DNA from: Candidatus Sumerlaeaceae bacterium
GTDB lineage: Bacteria > Sumerlaeota > Sumerlaeia > Sumerlaeales > Sumerlaeaceae
Direction of reading: 5' to 3'
Length of the DNA stretch: 64,000 nt
NCBI GenBank assembly: GCA_049968255.1
Contig: JBMFRB010000008.1
Location: forward strand, 32,001 to 96,000
The position numbers were made by a program, and so were the translations under genes. Each line of letters opens with the position of its first letter. Within the stretch, counting starts at the first letter, position 1. Positions 13,065 through 23,319 of the stretch are shown one piece after another. The notes beneath the pieces were generated by a model. The model saw nothing but the letters and a program-made list of their open reading frames with translations. It had not been told where the DNA came from and searched no databases.

Positions 13065-15014
13065 GTGAAACGTTCCATTTTGATGTTGGCGACGATGCTA
13101 TGGAGTACCATCGCGCTCTTGCCAGCCCTGGCCGACACCGTCACGTTGAGATCCGGACGCCAGCTTGTGGGGGCGGTTGTCGAAGAAACGCCCCAGCAGG
13201 TTGTGATCACCACTCGCCTTGGCACCTTGACTCTCTCTCGCAGTGATGTGACCAACATCCAGCGCGATGGCATGGTCACAGAGGAAGTGGACGGCGACGC
13301 CGCACGGGATACCCAGAACTTTGCTCGCGCAAAAGAGCTTTATGAGTTCGCCCTTCAAAAGGTTCCGTCGGCTGGGCCTGCGAAAGAGCGACTTGAAAAG
13401 AAACTCAAAGAGATCGAGGCTCTCCTTTCCGCCACTTCCCGCTCGGCTGTTGACCAGGAGATTGCCGCCTTGGGCAACCTTGTGGCCAGCAAACGCTTCG
13501 ACGACGCCATCCGCCAGGCCGAGCGCCTCATGACCACCAAACTTTCCGACGAACAGACAAGCATGGTGGCCCGCCTCAAGGCCGAAGCTCACTTCGGCCG
13601 TGCCCAAAGACTCCTCGATAGCATGAACTTTCTCGAGGCCAACAAAGAACTCGAAAAGTGCGTTTCCACTTACGAGCCATTCTATCGCGCTCATCTCTTT
13701 CTCGGCGAACGCCTTCTTCAGAGTGCCTACACTCAAAATCAAGGCATCGAGGAAGTGCTCAAAGGCCTGCAATACGGCGAAAAAGAGATGACGGAACTGG
13801 AGCGAGTGAAATACCACTACTTGGCCGGCCGCGCCCTCTACCAGCGGGGCGCCTACAAAGAAGCTGCCACACACTTCGTCGAATGCGTGCGCGCCAAGGA
13901 CAAGTATCCCGCTTACGCCGACGCGCTCGACCGCGCCGCGGACTGTTTTGTGAAGATGGGCGAACAAACCGTGCTCAAGAATGCCCAAGAGACCATCGCC
14001 AATCTCCAGCGCGCCCTGGAACTCGACCCGAAAAAAGCGCAAGCGTGGTTCCTGCTTGGAAAACTTTACCGCGACCTCGGCCAAACCGAAAAAGCTATCG
14101 ACGCGTTCCAGAAACTGCTCGAAATCGATCCGAATTTCCCCTACGGAAATCAGTTCTTAGCTCTCAGCTTTATTGACGCCAAGGATTACGACCAGGCGCT
14201 CGAACAACTCAACGAAGAGATAAAGAAACGTCCCGACAACTATCAAGCCTATGTCGACCGTGCGGAGGTCCAAATTCAGCTCGGCAACTACGACAAAGCC
14301 GACAAGGACCTGGAAACTGTGACATCAAAAGATCCAAGTCGGTGGGAGGCTTTCCTCACGCGAGCACGCCTGGCATTCGTGCAGGAGGAATACGACAAGG
14401 CGAAAGAAAACCTCATGCGTGTGCTGGCCCTCAAGCCTGACGCCATCGAAGCCCACATCATCATGGGTAAAGTGCTACGGGCCCAGAAAGACTACGACGG
14501 AGCCAAAAAATGGCTGAACAACGTCGTCAGTTACCTTGAACAAATTCCTGACCTGACCTTCAAATACAAGAACTACTTGGCCGAAGCGCAGACCCAACTC
14601 GCGGAGATTGACCTTCAACAGGAAAGCCCGCGGCAAGCCGAAACTCGTTTACAAATCGCGCTCGAGCACGTCCCCAACTATCCGCCAGCCCTCGCGCGAC
14701 TTGGCGACGTCAAAAAACGCCTCGCTAGCGACGTGGACCACGCCCTGCGCAAGAAGTTCTATCGCGAAGCAGAAAATTACTATCTCCAGGCCATTGATGC
14801 CGATCCAAAGAATCCCGATTTTTACCTCGCGTTGGCAATCCTCTACCATAAAAACCTCAAAGACACGCGAAAGGCTGTCGAAAATTACAAAAAGTACCTC
14901 GAACTGGGCGGCAAGGACAAGGCCACCGTCGCCAAATGGATTGAAGAATGCGGCGGCACTGTGAGTCAGGACCTCCTGCAAACAACAGAAACAGCCAACG
15001 CCAACTCAAAATAA
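13065..15014 (+). CDS. Exported multi-TPR protein
   Basis: Signal peptide ending ALA-D, N-terminal DTVTLRSG beta module, more than 10 TPR-like repeats (e.g. AWFLLGKLYRDLGQTEKAIDAFQKLLEIDP). Confidence 0.88.
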   Translation: MKRSILMLATMLWSTIALLPALADTVTLRSGRQLVGAVVEETPQQVVITTRLGTLTLSRSDVTNIQRDGMVTEEVDGDAARDTQNFARAKELYEFALQKVPSAGPAKERLEKKLKEIEALLSATSRSAVDQEIAALGNLVASKRFDDAIRQAERLMTTKLSDEQTSMVARLKAEAHFGRAQRLLDSMNFLEANKELEKCVSTYEPFYRAHLFLGERLLQSAYTQNQGIEEVLKGLQYGEKEMTELERVKYHYLAGRALYQRGAYKEAATHFVECVRAKDKYPAYADALDRAADCFVKMGEQTVLKNAQETIANLQRALELDPKKAQAWFLLGKLYRDLGQTEKAIDAFQKLLEIDPNFPYGNQFLALSFIDAKDYDQALEQLNEEIKKRPDNYQAYVDRAEVQIQLGNYDKADKDLETVTSKDPSRWEAFLTRARLAFVQEEYDKAKENLMRVLALKPDAIEAHIIMGKVLRAQKDYDGAKKWLNNVVSYLEQIPDLTFKYKNYLAEAQTQLAEIDLQQESPRQAETRLQIALEHVPNYPPALARLGDVKKRLASDVDHALRKKFYREAENYYLQAIDADPKNPDFYLALAILYHKNLKDTRKAVENYKKYLELGGKDKATVAKWIEECGGTVSQDLLQTTETANANSK

Positions 15015-15439
15015 GGAACCAAGTTTAGCGCTCCGTGCAAGAGCCCCACTGCCGTGGTCCAGGGTGCTAGGCAAAACCTCAGCTTTCTCCCCCAATGCAG
15101 GTCAAAACGCGGCACCATGACTCGTCCCCTCTGTGAGGCCGACCGGGCAAATGTTCAAGCTGGAGCACTCGCATCCATGGCTTGCGCACGCCGGCTACAG
15201 CCTGGCCGCCTAAGCAATGACCGCTGAGCGCACATCCGGTGACGAGTTCCGTCTTCGCTGCATCCCCCGATCACTTCGGCTTTCGCAAAACGGCCTCGCC
15301 TAGCCACCATCCGCCACCAGGCAAATGTGCATCCCATGAAATCATCGGCCGTGACCCAATTGATGTTGACTAAGCACCACGCAGTCGCACCAAATCGGTA
15401 CTCTAACTTTATCACTTGGAGGAAGAAAGGGGCCTTACC

Positions 15440-16354
15440 ATGAACGCCAAAAAGCAGTTTGCTCAGGATCTCCTCGGATTGATGTGGGAAGATTATGCCG
15501 CCCGTGTACCGTACGCCAAAACCTACCAAAACATGCTTGCTGAGCTTGGCGGCACGTTCGTCAACGACCACATGGCTTTCCGCACTTTAGCCCTCCGCGT
15601 TGGCGACCACAACCTTGGCATTCCCATCGTCAAGCGCATCTGGGATGCTCTAGGCTTTCAGGAGCGCGGTGCCATTGAGTTCCCCGACACGCATCTCTTC
15701 GCCCGTTATGTTCAGCACGCGGAGCCTGACTTCCCAAAAATTTTCATCAGCGAATTGCGCGTAGACGAGCTGCCAGCAGAAACGGCCCGTCTCATTCGCG
15801 ACAGCGTTGCGAGCTTCCGCGAGATCCTGTCAGACAAAGACGTCCAAACCATTCGCGACCTCGAGGGCGCCTCCGCCTACCCACGCGAGCTCCTCGAACG
15901 CACCTTCGCCTTCTTCAAAACCGTGCCGTGGGATCCGGTCAGCGAGGAAGTGGTCCGAAAGGTCAACGAAATCAGTCAATATGGCGCCTGGGTTCTCCTT
16001 CACGGATACAACGTCAACCATTTCACTGGCTATGTGAATCGCCACGCTGTGGCATCCATTGACGACATCGAAGGCCTCGTGGCCGAGTTGCGCCGCCGCG
16101 GTGTGCCAATGAAGGACGAAATCGAAGGCGAACGCGGCTCGAAGTTGCGCCAGACGGCCACACACGCCGTTCGCGTCCCAGTCACCGTGCGTAAGAGCGA
16201 CGGCTCCTTGGGCCAAATCGAGTGGACTTATGCCTACATGGAGTTTGCCCAGCGCGGCTACGTCGAGGACCCTGCCACCGGAGAAAAGGTCCTCTTCGAA
16301 GGCTTTCTTGGCCCTCAGGCTAAGCAGCTTTTCGAAATGACTCGCGTGAAGTAG
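15440..16354 (+). CDS. DUF1338 family protein (HglS/YdcJ-like 2-oxoadipate dioxygenase/decarboxylase)
   Basis: NDHMAFRT, YGAWVLLHGYNVNHFT, EFAQR and FEGF motifs typical of DUF1338. Confidence 0.8.
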   Translation: MNAKKQFAQDLLGLMWEDYAARVPYAKTYQNMLAELGGTFVNDHMAFRTLALRVGDHNLGIPIVKRIWDALGFQERGAIEFPDTHLFARYVQHAEPDFPKIFISELRVDELPAETARLIRDSVASFREILSDKDVQTIRDLEGASAYPRELLERTFAFFKTVPWDPVSEEVVRKVNEISQYGAWVLLHGYNVNHFTGYVNRHAVASIDDIEGLVAELRRRGVPMKDEIEGERGSKLRQTATHAVRVPVTVRKSDGSLGQIEWTYAYMEFAQRGYVEDPATGEKVLFEGFLGPQAKQLFEMTRVK

Positions 16355-16587
16355 CGGCCCACTGCTTCAGCCCCATCTTCTTTTCGCGCGGCGGCGGAAA
16401 CCTGATATCGCTAAAACAGTGTCGCAAGTTTGCGCCTCTTGTAGGATCTCTGGTCCACGCATGGCATGCGCACGATTTCTCGTATTCCGGTCGTGGAAAG
16501 TGCTCGGGCTCCCAGCTCTTGCCCATGCAAGCTGGGAGCCCCTTTGTCCAAAGTCAAATTCCACGGAACTTCAGCCCCGGGCTCAGC

Positions 16588-18009
16588 TTAGGAGGCCGCC
16601 TTGCCCAGCTTCGGAATTCCCGGCTCGGTCAGCGGGCGCAGGTCGAAAAGCTTTTCAAGTTCTTCCGGGGTGAGTAGCCCCTTGTCCAGGATCACATCGC
16701 GCAGGCTTTTGCCTGTTGCCACAGCCTCCTTGGCCACTTCGGCGGCCTTGTCGTAGCCAATGTAGGTGTTGAGCACTGTCACCATCGAGATCGAGTTTTC
16801 GGCATACCATCGACAGCGCTCCGGATAGGCCGAGATCCCTTTGACGCATCGCTCAGTGAAGGCCTTCATCGCATTCGTGAGAATCTCGAGCATTTCAATC
16901 AAATCGTTGGCAATGAGTGGCATCATGACGTTGAGCTCGAGCTGCCCTGCCTGCGCCGCGTACTGAATCGCCGTCTGATAGCCCATCACCTGAAAACACA
17001 CCATGTTGAGCATTTCTGCCATGACCGGGTTGACCTTGCCCGGCATGATTGAGCTGCCTGGCTGCACGGGCGGAAGCAGGATCTCGGCGAGCCCCGTGCG
17101 CGGCCCGCTCGACAGCAGCCGCAGATCGTTTGCAATCCGGATGAGCTCGACGGCCACCCCCGCCACCACATTCGCCAGAAACACGGAATCATTATGACTT
17201 TGCATCGCCGAGAAGTAGTCCGGCGCCTGCTGAAGCTCCATCCCAAGGTGACGGCTCAGTTCCTCCACCATCATTCGGCGATACTCCGGGTGCACGTTCA
17301 GGCCCGTACCCGCCGCACTGCCACCGATTCCCAGGCGGCTCAAGTCCGAGCGCGCCATTTCAAGGCGTGGCAAAAATGCGTTCAGCGCATCCGCGTAGCC
17401 ACCAAATTCCTGTCCCAAACGAACCGGCACCGCATCCTGCAAATGAGTACGACCGCTTTTGATGATCTCGTCGAACTCGTGCGATTTCTCCTCCAGCACC
17501 GCGATGAGGCCACGCAGGGCCGCCTCGAAATCCGGCAAAAGCCGCAACGCTGCTAACCGGATGGCACACGGCACCACATCGTTTGTGCTCTGGGACTTGT
17601 TGACGTCGTCATTCGGATGAATCTTGCGATTCTTGCGCTCCGTCAGCGGGATACCGAGCAATTCATTGGCGCGATTGGCAATGACCTCATTCGCGTTCAT
17701 ATTCTGCGATGTCCCCGCGCCCGCTTGATAGACGTCCACGATAAACTGATCGTCAAATTTTCCCTCAAGAACTTCGTCGCACGCACGAATAATTGCGTCG
17801 GCCCGCTCAGCATCCAGCAAACCCAGTTTCTTGTGCACGTTCGCCGCTGCGCGTTTGATCTGCACAATGGCCCAGATCCACAGCGGATGCGCCTTGTGGC
17901 GGCTGATAGGAAAATTCTCCGCCGCCCTCAACGATTGGATGCCATAATAAGCCCCTGCTGGAACCTGCTTCTCACCCAAGGAGTCCTTCTCGATACGATA
18001 TTCTGTCAT
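16588..18009 (-). CDS. aspA: Aspartate ammonia-lyase / class II fumarase family (aspartase-like)
   Basis: GSSIMPGKVNP signature; SQSTND and GAGTSQNMNANE favour aspartase over FumC. Confidence 0.8.
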   Translation of the reverse strand: MTEYRIEKDSLGEKQVPAGAYYGIQSLRAAENFPISRHKAHPLWIWAIVQIKRAAANVHKKLGLLDAERADAIIRACDEVLEGKFDDQFIVDVYQAGAGTSQNMNANEVIANRANELLGIPLTERKNRKIHPNDDVNKSQSTNDVVPCAIRLAALRLLPDFEAALRGLIAVLEEKSHEFDEIIKSGRTHLQDAVPVRLGQEFGGYADALNAFLPRLEMARSDLSRLGIGGSAAGTGLNVHPEYRRMMVEELSRHLGMELQQAPDYFSAMQSHNDSVFLANVVAGVAVELIRIANDLRLLSSGPRTGLAEILLPPVQPGSSIMPGKVNPVMAEMLNMVCFQVMGYQTAIQYAAQAGQLELNVMMPLIANDLIEMLEILTNAMKAFTERCVKGISAYPERCRWYAENSISMVTVLNTYIGYDKAAEVAKEAVATGKSLRDVILDKGLLTPEELEKLFDLRPLTEPGIPKLGKAAS

Positions 18010-18219
18010 GTGTGTCCATCCTCAGTTTGCAAAGTTTACTGTATGCCGGCGCGGGAACCCTGCCACTGCGCCACCGCCGCTCGTCTTGCCAGCGCATAAG
18101 GGACTCCCACTGCGCAAACGTTGTGCTTTTCCTGTTTGACTCAGCAATTTGTCATGAGATGGAAAGCCCAGTTTGCAAGATTTCTTTTGCATAGTTTCTG
18201 GAAGGGGAACTCGGGTAAG

Positions 18220-19938
18220 ATGGGAACCGTCGCACGATTTGCCACGGCAGTGGCTACATGCTTGACAGTTATTGCGTGGGGAGCAGCCCCGCCACCTCAG
18301 GGCGATGCCGATGTCGAAGCACAATCGGCCGCCACTGCAAACGCCAGCGCAAACCAGCACGCCACTCTTCACGAAGCACCGTCTTCCGACGACGTCGCCC
18401 AAATGAACACCGTCCATCAAGGCGCCTCGCAAGCCAACGTGGCGAAACCCACTGCCATCGGCAATAAAGGCGGGGCCACACCCGAAACGGAAAATCTACC
18501 CCTGGACAAGCAGGGCCTCACCGAGTTGCGCAAAAAGCAGCTTGGCCAACCCGAGTTTCGCGGCGCCTGGGTCACACGTTTCGATTGGGCAAGCCAGGAT
18601 CCCGCAACGGTGCGCCAAAACATCCTCCACATCATGGATACAGCCAAAGCTGCCGGCCTGAACGCGGTCGTCTTCCAGGTGCGCGCCGACTGCACGACGC
18701 TCTACCCAAGCAAACTCGAACCTTGGTCGCACATGCTCGGAGGACGTGATCCCGGTTTCGATCCAGTTGAGCTAGCCATTGACGAAGCGCACAAGCGCGG
18801 CCTCGAATTTCACGCCTATATCAACGCTTGTCCCGCCAGCGAGCGCCGTGAAGGGCCGCCCCCCGGGTCGCAGAGCATTTGGTTTGTTCATTGCACCTTG
18901 CAGTCGAATCCCAATTGGCTCGTTTACGAGGGCGGAAAGCCGGCCGAATTCAAAGAATACTGGTGGTTGAATCCGAATTTGCCAGAAGTGCAAACCTACA
19001 TCCGCAGCGTCGTCGTGGACTTTGCCTCGCGCTACGACGTCGACGGCATCCACTACGACCGCATCCGCTTCCCAGGGCCGAAAGTGTCCGACGACCCATG
19101 GAGCAAAGCCCGCTACGCCGGCGACGGCAATCCCAATGGCCTGGACTACGATCGCTGGCAATGCGACAACATCACACGCATGCTCACGGACATCTACGGC
19201 GCCGTCACCGCTCTCAAACCCAACATCAAATTCTCAGCCGCCGTCTGGGGCATTTACGATAAAACAAAGCTGCCGCAGGGTCAGGATACGCGCCGTGGCT
19301 ATTCGTGGACCAGCTCTGGCCTCCAGGACTATCATCAAGACTCCATCGAATGGACGCGACGCGGCTGCATTGACGCCCTTATCCCTATGATCTATTGGGA
19401 GATGGGCGGGAACAAACCCGACTATGACGAGCTCGTGGCCAATTTTGTAAAGCTGGCGGGAAAAAGCCGCCACATCTATGGCGGACAAAAAGTGTTCGAA
19501 GACGTCGAAATGCTACGGCAAGTCGTGGCCACGCGCCTGGTGGGCGGCCTGGGAACATGCCCATTCACGCTCGGTGCGATTGAGAAAAAAGGTTTGGTGC
19601 CCTTTTATCGCTCCACGATTTTCCCTGACAACGTGCCCACACCGTCAATGCCTTGGAAACAGAACCCCAACAAGGGCACGATCCTTGTGTGGGTCAAGGA
19701 TGCCAGCGGCCTGCCCGTGCTCGACGCGCATGTGCGCGTCGAAGGGCGTTCCGACGTTTGGCTTAGCTCGGCTGATGGCTTCTGCGCCATTATCGACGCC
19801 GTGCCAGGCCACAACGTCCTCGCCGCGAAAAAACCCAGCACCGGCGCTCAAGCTCAGCCCGTGGCCGTCGACGTGGCGCCAGGAAAATTCGCCACTGCCG
19901 TGCTCGTTCTCGCTAATCCTGCCGCGCCAGCTCGCTAA
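18220..19938 (+). CDS. Exported GHL10 (DUF187/YngK/DigH-like) glycoside hydrolase with C-terminal beta-sandwich domain
   Basis: EFRGAWV, NAVVFQVR, FDPVELAIDEAHKRGLEFHAY, YDVDGIHYD, PMIY motifs; signal peptide. Confidence 0.88.
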   Translation: MGTVARFATAVATCLTVIAWGAAPPPQGDADVEAQSAATANASANQHATLHEAPSSDDVAQMNTVHQGASQANVAKPTAIGNKGGATPETENLPLDKQGLTELRKKQLGQPEFRGAWVTRFDWASQDPATVRQNILHIMDTAKAAGLNAVVFQVRADCTTLYPSKLEPWSHMLGGRDPGFDPVELAIDEAHKRGLEFHAYINACPASERREGPPPGSQSIWFVHCTLQSNPNWLVYEGGKPAEFKEYWWLNPNLPEVQTYIRSVVVDFASRYDVDGIHYDRIRFPGPKVSDDPWSKARYAGDGNPNGLDYDRWQCDNITRMLTDIYGAVTALKPNIKFSAAVWGIYDKTKLPQGQDTRRGYSWTSSGLQDYHQDSIEWTRRGCIDALIPMIYWEMGGNKPDYDELVANFVKLAGKSRHIYGGQKVFEDVEMLRQVVATRLVGGLGTCPFTLGAIEKKGLVPFYRSTIFPDNVPTPSMPWKQNPNKGTILVWVKDASGLPVLDAHVRVEGRSDVWLSSADGFCAIIDAVPGHNVLAAKKPSTGAQAQPVAVDVAPGKFATAVLVLANPAAPAR

Positions 19939-19999
19939 ATCACCACGGCACAAGTTCGCCCATTGAGCAAAAAAACACGTTTTAAAGATACGGCCAGCA

Positions 20000-21313
20000 T
20001 TACACCACGCGGCTTGTGAGCATCAAGCACTCGAAGGTGCGCTTGCGCAAGGTGGAGACTTTTTCCAGCTCACTGATTTCGGGATGAATGTAGGGATTGC
20101 GATAGTGCTGCAGCTGCGCCAACAGCTCGGCAAAACGCAAAACATCCTGCTCGCCGTCTAGCCCTTTGAGCGAAAGGGGATTGCCAACGAACACCTTGGC
20201 TGTGCGCGTCCCCACAATCGTGTACTCGCGTCCAAAGAACAGCACGATGATGCCTAGCGCCTTCAGCCCGTCTGGCTTGTAACGCTCCTGATGCTCTAAC
20301 ATGCGGAGAAGCGTCTGCCGTACGTTGTCGGCCGTCACATCCCATTCGCGTCCTCGCATGACAACAAGCATGTGTTGGCGCATGTGCACGGAGAGCTTGC
20401 GCTGCGGCCCTTCGAGAAACTCCTCGACGAGCGCATAAGTCTCGGGCTTGCTCAGAAGCTTCGTTATGCGCTTCTGAAGCTTGCGCTTCACTTCCGACTC
20501 TGCCGCGAAGCAGTAAGAGAAGCCCGTGTTGCGCGAAAGGTCGAGCGACTGAGGTCGACGCATCTGCTCGCGATACAAAAACTCCGCACAGCGCAAGCTT
20601 TCCTTCGCGTCCTCCTCGAGCTTATCGTAGCACGCGAGTGCCTCGCTCAGCAGCCGATCGATGTCCTCGACCACACTGTCGGTGAGAATAAGTCCCGTCT
20701 GCTGCACCGCATCGCGCGCCTCTTGGCGCAACCGTTCTGTGCTCGCCCGCACGTAGAGATTGTAAGCCTCCGCCCGCAGGCTTGGGGGAATGTCCTCCTC
20801 GCTAAGAAATTTCACGAGCGTCGGCAAAATCTCACGCACCTGTTCTTCCGGCCGGTAGTCCACAATCTCCGCAAGCTCACGCAGGCGCTGCCTGAGCTCC
20901 TCGTTGCGCCGATATTCCTCATGCGCACGGTCAATGGCCCGGCAAATCTGCTGCAGTTCCTCCTCGATGCGCCCCTTGGCAATCACGCTCGACGCCCCAT
21001 ATTTCTGGGCCAGAGCGCCATCCTCGAATGTTCCCACCGCACTGATGAGAATCACCGGCAACAGCGGGTACTGCGACTTTACCGCCTTGATGAGATCGAG
21101 CCCTTCCGTGTCGCTGCGCATTTGCAGATCGGTGATCACGATTTCCGGCGAGTCGAGCTCGATGCGTTCAAGAGCATCCTCCATGTTGTGCGCCTCAAGG
21201 ACGTCGCAATTGCGCAGCAAGAGGCTGCGCCGCAACGCCTCGCGGTACATTTTGTTATCATCCACGATCAGCACACGCCGCCGAACCGGCTGCTCTGCCT
21301 GAGCCTGGGTCAT
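20000..21313 (-). CDS. Response regulator: receiver domain plus C-terminal HEPN-like domain
   Basis: VLIVDD..ITDLQM..ISA..IAK receiver; C-terminal RNPYIH (R-x4-H) motif. Start could be upstream (up to 21361). Confidence 0.8.
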   Translation of the reverse strand: MTQAQAEQPVRRRVLIVDDNKMYREALRRSLLLRNCDVLEAHNMEDALERIELDSPEIVITDLQMRSDTEGLDLIKAVKSQYPLLPVILISAVGTFEDGALAQKYGASSVIAKGRIEEELQQICRAIDRAHEEYRRNEELRQRLRELAEIVDYRPEEQVREILPTLVKFLSEEDIPPSLRAEAYNLYVRASTERLRQEARDAVQQTGLILTDSVVEDIDRLLSEALACYDKLEEDAKESLRCAEFLYREQMRRPQSLDLSRNTGFSYCFAAESEVKRKLQKRITKLLSKPETYALVEEFLEGPQRKLSVHMRQHMLVVMRGREWDVTADNVRQTLLRMLEHQERYKPDGLKALGIIVLFFGREYTIVGTRTAKVFVGNPLSLKGLDGEQDVLRFAELLAQLQHYRNPYIHPEISELEKVSTLRKRTFECLMLTSRVV

Positions 21314-21393
21314 TCTCTCGCTCCTTGTGACGGGTCCCCCCCATCTCTCCTCGCCAACCATATTTGGCGCATGTTCACGCTCAGAGTGTCACG

Positions 21394-22134
21394 TCATTCT
21401 TCATCCAACGACGACCCCAGCACGAGTTTCTGCGCATCGATGAGCTCATTGATGCCCTTGCGAGCCAGACGCAACATCTCGTTCAACTGGGCCTCATCGA
21501 AGCACTGATGCTCAGCCGTCCCCTGAATTTCCACAAACTTGTTCGACGCTGTGGCCACAACATTCATGTCCACATCCGCCTGCATATCTTCCACATAGCT
21601 AAGGTCGAGCACAGGATGGCCTTCCACAATACCCACACTCGTGGCCGCCACAAAGTCCATCAGCACGCCCGTGCCCACCTTGCCCTCGCGCCGCAACAGA
21701 CGCACCGCCTGGACAAGCGCAATAAAGCCGCCCGTGATGGCTGCAGTACGTGTGCCCCCATCAGCCTGAATCACATCGCAATCAATGATGATGGTACGTT
21801 CGCCCAACCGGCGCAGATCCGTCACGGCGCGCAGCGAGCGGCCAATCAGCCGCTGGATTTCATAAGTGCGGCCGCCGATTTGGCCTTTTGTTACCTCGCG
21901 CTGAATGCGCTGTTTCGACGATCGCGGCAGCATCGCGTACTCGGCCGTCACCCATCCGATGCCCATGTCGCGGGCATGCGGCGGCACTTTTTCCTCGATG
22001 GTCGCAGTACACAATAGCCGCGTGTCGCCAAGCTCCACCAGCACGCTACCGTCGGCAAACTTCGCATACCCCGGCACAAGGTTCACTGGCCGCTTTTCGT
22101 CGGCGGCTCGTCCGTCGATCCGGATAAAAGTCAT
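21394..22134 (-). CDS. rph: Ribonuclease PH
   Basis: [47 protein letters not shown]. Confidence 0.97.
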   Translation of the reverse strand: MTFIRIDGRAADEKRPVNLVPGYAKFADGSVLVELGDTRLLCTATIEEKVPPHARDMGIGWVTAEYAMLPRSSKQRIQREVTKGQIGGRTYEIQRLIGRSLRAVTDLRRLGERTIIIDCDVIQADGGTRTAAITGGFIALVQAVRLLRREGKVGTGVLMDFVAATSVGIVEGHPVLDLSYVEDMQADVDMNVVATASNKFVEIQGTAEHQCFDEAQLNEMLRLARKGINELIDAQKLVLGSSLDEE

Positions 22135-22236
22135 GCTCTCAGACCTCTCAATCAAAATCTCCTGCGCATCTCACCAGGCGCAAAAACATCCCCCAGACGC
22201 AAGTGAAGTTCTGCAGGCCCCCTAGGAATTTACGCC

Positions 22237-23304
22237 CTAAAGCACCTTGCGCAGGCGTTCCCGCAAAAGCTGCGCCCTAACTCTGTCGCGTTCCTCCTCA
22301 CGGATATCGTGTTCCTCGCTCGTCGGGCCGTGAGTCATGACGTAGGCGCGAATGTGGCTTGGCTGAACGGCCACAGCCAGGCGGTTTAGCTCTGCGTGCG
22401 TGAGCCGCGGGAAGAAATCCGCCAACACACCCAGACGCAAGAGCGCCAGCAGCTCCATCGCCTCGCTTGTGCTAATGAGCCGCGCATGCGTGAGGATGCC
22501 ATAGGCGCGCCACACGCGGTCCTCAAGCTGCGGATTGCTCACCAGCTCGCGACGCGCTCGTTCCTCTCGCTCGATGATTTCCTCCATCGCATGCGAGAAA
22601 ATTTCGACAATCTGGCGCTCGTCCTTACCCAGAGTCACCTCGTTCGAAATCTGATAGAATCCCCCATGATTCTCCGTGTGCTCGCCGTAGAAGCCGCGCA
22701 CGGTCATCCCTTGGCTGCGCAGCCACTCCACCACGTGGCGCATCTTGTTCACAATGCTCAACGCAGGTAAATGCACCAACGCGCTCACGCGCAGCCCTGT
22801 CCCCGTGTTCGTGATACACGATGTCAAATAGCCAAATTGCGGTGAAAATGCAAACGGCAGCTCGCGCGCCAACGACTTTTCTAAATCAATCACCTGCTGC
22901 AGTGCTTCATACGGACGAAGCCCCGGCTCCAGCGCATAAACGCGCAGATGATCTTCCTCATTCACCATGATGCCTTCGCGCAAGTCGGCCGAGAGAAACA
23001 GCGCGCGGTGCTTCGGTAGCTTTTCCATCTCCGGCGAGATCAGGTGCACCTCGCGAAGATACTGGCGATCGATCTCCGAGAGGTCCGCCATGTAGAAGCG
23101 GCTGCCCCCTGCGAATTCGGGCTGATGATCGACCACCTTGGCCACGCGCTCGAGCACAGCCGACAGGTCCCTCTCGCCCGCTCGCCGCGGAAACGGCAGT
23201 GCTGGAAAATTCCGCGCATACCGGGCCCGCGTGGAGACTACAACCCCTTCACTTGGCCCGCTGCGTTCTAGCCACCGATCACATTTTAGCAGTTTATCAT
23301 TCAT
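22237..23304 (-). CDS. mcsB: Protein-arginine kinase McsB
   Basis: STRARYARN, MVNEEDHLR, YLTSCITNTGTGLR, GFYGE, YQISNEVTLG, QPSH. Confidence 0.93.
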   Translation of the reverse strand: MNDKLLKCDRWLERSGPSEGVVVSTRARYARNFPALPFPRRAGERDLSAVLERVAKVVDHQPEFAGGSRFYMADLSEIDRQYLREVHLISPEMEKLPKHRALFLSADLREGIMVNEEDHLRVYALEPGLRPYEALQQVIDLEKSLARELPFAFSPQFGYLTSCITNTGTGLRVSALVHLPALSIVNKMRHVVEWLRSQGMTVRGFYGEHTENHGGFYQISNEVTLGKDERQIVEIFSHAMEEIIEREERARRELVSNPQLEDRVWRAYGILTHARLISTSEAMELLALLRLGVLADFFPRLTHAELNRLAVAVQPSHIRAYVMTHGPTSEEHDIREEERDRVRAQLLRERLRKVL

Positions 23305-23319
23305 TTCCCAGTGCGCCCG

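Noticed and set aside
18045-18110. GGGAA...GCCACTG, reminiscent of a cobalamin riboswitch
   Set aside because: Element order and spacing are wrong, the other conserved boxes are missing, and the flanking genes are unrelated to B12.
20372-21508. Long alternative-frame ORFs (e.g. 20372-21508, 10208-11191, 13098-14084, 32397-33362)
   Set aside because: Antisense to well-supported genes, as expected from GC-rich codon bias, and with no recognisable motifs.
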